Source of the DNA: Marine group II euryarchaeote REDSEA-S42_B7
GTDB taxonomy: Archaea > Thermoplasmatota > Poseidoniia > Poseidoniales > Thalassarchaeaceae
NCBI GenBank assembly: GCA_001629255.1
Contig: LURZ01000001.1
Coordinates: 6,850 to 70,849 of the forward strand
Direction: 5' to 3'
Length of the DNA: 64,000 nt
Under the pieces are notes generated by a model. That model worked only from the letters and a program-made list of their open reading frames with translations, did not search any database and had not been told where the DNA came from. Of this stretch, positions 61,363 through 64,000 are shown piece after piece (the stretch's first letter is position 1; each line of letters opens with the position of its first letter). Both the position numbers and the translations under genes were made by a program.

Positions 61363-62397
61363 GTGGAGAAAAAAAAGCACGAAATAGGATTAATTGGTGG
61401 TACTTTTGATAGATTCCATGCCGGACACATGTCCTTGATCTCTGCAGGTCTTGCAAATTGCGAGAAAATCCAAGTCTGGATAACCAATGATAATTTAGCT
61501 AGGTCGAAGGATCAGCGTATCCAGGACTGGTATGACAGGGAGTCCGATTTGATCGACGCCACATCAGAATACTCCCCTCGAATCACAACTCATCAACTCG
61601 ATGACAAATTCGGACCATCCTTGCAATCTACTGAGGCATCAGCAATTATATGCACTGCTGAAACAATTCAGGGATGCTTGGAAATCAACTCTATCAGGGA
61701 AAAAAATGGATTTTCTCCTCTAGATATTATTTCCGTTGAGAGAGTCACTTCTTGGGATGGGAGGACAATTTCTAGCTCCAGAATCAGAGATGGTCACATT
61801 GACAGGGAGGGGATGCCATGGATTCCCGAAAATTTCAGAAATTCAGACCCAATTATGACTCCCGAGGTAGAGTCCCAACTCAAAGAACCATTTGGCGAAC
61901 TAATCGAGGGGCCCGAGGAGGATATCACCGTGGCTGCTTTGGAAGCCATCTCTAAGATAGTGGGATCTACAAAATTCTCCGGCCCACTAATTGCCGTCGG
62001 AGACGTCACCGTCCTGGCCTTTCAGAATTCAGGAAGACCAGCAGACATAGCAATAGTCGACGGACAAACTAAGCGCGAAAAATGGGAGGGCTCGAATGAA
62101 ATTGACTTCAGTTTGTATGATAATTCCCTCGAATGTATCAGCCCAGCAGGATCTTTATCCAGATCGCTCCTAAAATCATGTGAATCCTCAATCTCATCAT
62201 GGATGGAAAACGAAAGCAGCAGCATAATCAGAGTAGTCGGTGAAGAGGACCTGTCTCCGCTTCTTCTACATCCGATGGCACCCATTGGTTCTGTAGTAAT
62301 CTATGGTCAACCGGGAAAGGGGTTAGTCATTAGGTGGTGTGACGAAGAATCAAAGATCAGATGCAGAAATATCCTCAGAGGTTTTTCCACAGACTAG
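61363..62397 (+). CDS. coaD: Fused phosphopantetheine adenylyltransferase / GTP-dependent dephospho-CoA kinase (DUF359)
   Basis: GGTFDRFHAGH, D.FGP and ISSSRIR in the PPAT half; LKEPFG, VGDVT, VDGQTKR, GEEDL and YGQPGKG in the DUF359 half. Confidence 0.9.
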   Translation: MEKKKHEIGLIGGTFDRFHAGHMSLISAGLANCEKIQVWITNDNLARSKDQRIQDWYDRESDLIDATSEYSPRITTHQLDDKFGPSLQSTEASAIICTAETIQGCLEINSIREKNGFSPLDIISVERVTSWDGRTISSSRIRDGHIDREGMPWIPENFRNSDPIMTPEVESQLKEPFGELIEGPEEDITVAALEAISKIVGSTKFSGPLIAVGDVTVLAFQNSGRPADIAIVDGQTKREKWEGSNEIDFSLYDNSLECISPAGSLSRSLLKSCESSISSWMENESSSIIRVVGEEDLSPLLLHPMAPIGSVVIYGQPGKGLVIRWCDEESKIRCRNILRGFSTD

Positions 62398-62924
62398 TTT
62401 TCAGCATCTCTAATCCAATGAATGCCCAAACCAACTGAAACTAGTGCGATCATGACTGAGTATACCCCTGGGTCAACCCATGTTGTTTCCCTGAGGCTCC
62501 ATGCAAAGTAGTAGACAATGCCCAACAGCATCATCCAACTTGCTATGGTTCTAACAATATCTAGGTTAGGAGAAATCAGACTTTTCATTATCCGTTCATT
62601 TGGTAGTCCGGAAATCCAGCCACCAAAGCCATCCTCTCTTGAGGAGCCTATGCCCATTACTCCAATGACAATTAGTGCAGCACTGATTACAGCAAATATG
62701 AGGTCATCTGGGAAGTTTAGTCCGATTTCATGAGCGGAGTTTGTAACCGGGCCATTAGTCATGAAGTCCAACCAGTTCACCTTTCTACCATCCGAATATG
62801 CTCCAGAAATTATGTTGACGAGAGTAAGAAATGCCATCCATGAGCCTAATAAAAATGAGCCGACGGACATGGTAATACTGGGACTCTTCAGGACTTCCAT
62901 CCACTCTTGGTTAGCTTCTGACAT
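62394..62924 (-). CDS. Hypothetical membrane protein (~4 TM)
   Basis: Hydrophobic segments, WVDPGVYS; co-oriented downstream of cdc6. Confidence 0.7.
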   Translation of the reverse strand: MSEANQEWMEVLKSPSITMSVGSFLLGSWMAFLTLVNIISGAYSDGRKVNWLDFMTNGPVTNSAHEIGLNFPDDLIFAVISAALIVIGVMGIGSSREDGFGGWISGLPNERIMKSLISPNLDIVRTIASWMMLLGIVYYFAWSLRETTWVDPGVYSVMIALVSVGLGIHWIRDAEN

Positions 62925-62971
62925 CGAGCCGCCGTCCCGGAACCTCTGTTTAACCGTTGTCTGAACTATTC

Positions 62972-64000
62972 CTATAGATGACCTTGAAGATTATACTTGC
63001 CCATTGCGGCTTCGTTAACCAGAGTTTCACTTTCACTCATTAGGACGATTGCATCTATAGCCTTTGGAATTGCCGAATTAACTTGCTTGCTTCGCCCACC
63101 TCGGCCTTTGCTGACGTTTCTTGCCATGATAAGTCCCATTGTATCCAATTCATTAAGCAACGAGGAGACCCTTCTGGTCGTTAATGGCTCTGTACCAATC
63201 TTCGAGCACGCTTCTGCGTAGGTTCTGTACACTTCGCCCGTTGAGATGTTTCTCAGGCCGTTCTCTTCGTTTAAGCAGATTGAGAATAGTACTAACTTTT
63301 GGTGAAGTGGCAGGGTCTTGATAACAGGAGTCACCTGATCATATTCTAGTTGACTTTGGGCCAATCTAACGTGTTTTGTATCTACTCTATTCTGCGACCT
63401 CTGTTCCGCTTTCTGTACCGAGATTCTAAGCAAATCCAAAGCTCTTCTTGCATCTCCATGCTCTTGCGCAGCCAATGCCGAGCACAGTTTGATTACTCCA
63501 TCGTCCAGGACACCGGCTTTGATTCCCATATCAGCCCTCTCGTTGAGAATATTCTGAATCTCAGTGGCCACGTAAGGGTGGAACACTATATCCTCTTGGC
63601 TCAGTCTTGAACTGACTCTTGGATCAAGGTGTTGAGTAAAATGTAAGTCATTGCTGATTCCGATAATTGAGCATCTCCCCCTGCTTAGCAAAGTATTGAG
63701 GCTGGTCAGCGCGTAAAGGAGATCATCTCCGCCCTTGTCTACCAGGTTATCCACCTCATCTAGCACGATGATGTGAACCCCTCCCACGCGGCTCATTCTG
63801 GAAACTACCGTATCAAGAACTCGATCTGTAGGCCAACCCGTGAATGGGACCGGAGCATCGCCTCTCTGAGCCAACTGGGTAGCTATGGTCTGTACAACTC
63901 TATATTTGGTATCTACATTCCTACAATTAATCTCGTAGGTATGTACGGATTGCCCCATTTCCAAGCCTTTCTCCCTTAATTGGCTCAGAACGTATCTGGT
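62972..64000 (-). CDS. cdc6: Orc1/Cdc6 replication initiator, 5'-truncated by window
   Basis: INCR, PFTGWP, IIVLDEVD (Walker B), GISND, LDPRVSSRL, F.PY, HGDARRALDLLR, SKGRGGR; frame open to nt 64000. Confidence 0.96.
   Translation of the reverse strand, partial: TRYVLSQLREKGLEMGQSVHTYEINCRNVDTKYRVVQTIATQLAQRGDAPVPFTGWPTDRVLDTVVSRMSRVGGVHIIVLDEVDNLVDKGGDDLLYALTSLNTLLSRGRCSIIGISNDLHFTQHLDPRVSSRLSQEDIVFHPYVATEIQNILNERADMGIKAGVLDDGVIKLCSALAAQEHGDARRALDLLRISVQKAEQRSQNRVDTKHVRLAQSQLEYDQVTPVIKTLPLHQKLVLFSICLNEENGLRNISTGEVYRTYAEACSKIGTEPLTTRRVSSLLNELDTMGLIMARNVSKGRGGRSKQVNSAIPKAIDAIVLMSESETLVNEAAMGKYNLQGHL

Overview
Gene-dense archaeal chromosomal segment. The gene content (Orc1/Cdc6, thermosome, Bud32, ABCE1, archaeal-type TPI and PPAT/DPCK fusion, alongside bacterial-type ThrRS, DnaK/GrpE, GlpX and PPK2, plus acidic secreted proteins) best fits Marine Group II Thermoplasmatota (Poseidoniales); this is inference, not a database result. 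It holds about 55 CDS (mostly housekeeping, proteolysis and acyl-CoA metabolism) and one tRNA-Gly(GCC). I saw no CRISPR array, rRNA or mobile element. Main points of interest: (1) a BoxB-like di-iron aryl-CoA epoxidase operon with a single-domain crotonase and no BoxA reductase; (2) an unassigned ~270-nt, highly base-paired intergenic RNA candidate (61061-61331) directly behind an 874-aa winged-helix protein; (3) an AT-rich spacer with an ORB-like palindrome and 16-bp direct repeats near cdc6 (possible oriC); (4) tandem squalene/phytoene synthases; (5) an ABCE1 with a rearranged Fe-S cysteine pattern; (6) a divergent chaperonin head-to-head with hsp20-dnaK; (7) four genes broken by frameshifts, at least three with clear internal deletions, possibly assembly artefacts. 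Many start codons were adjusted by eye and are approximate.
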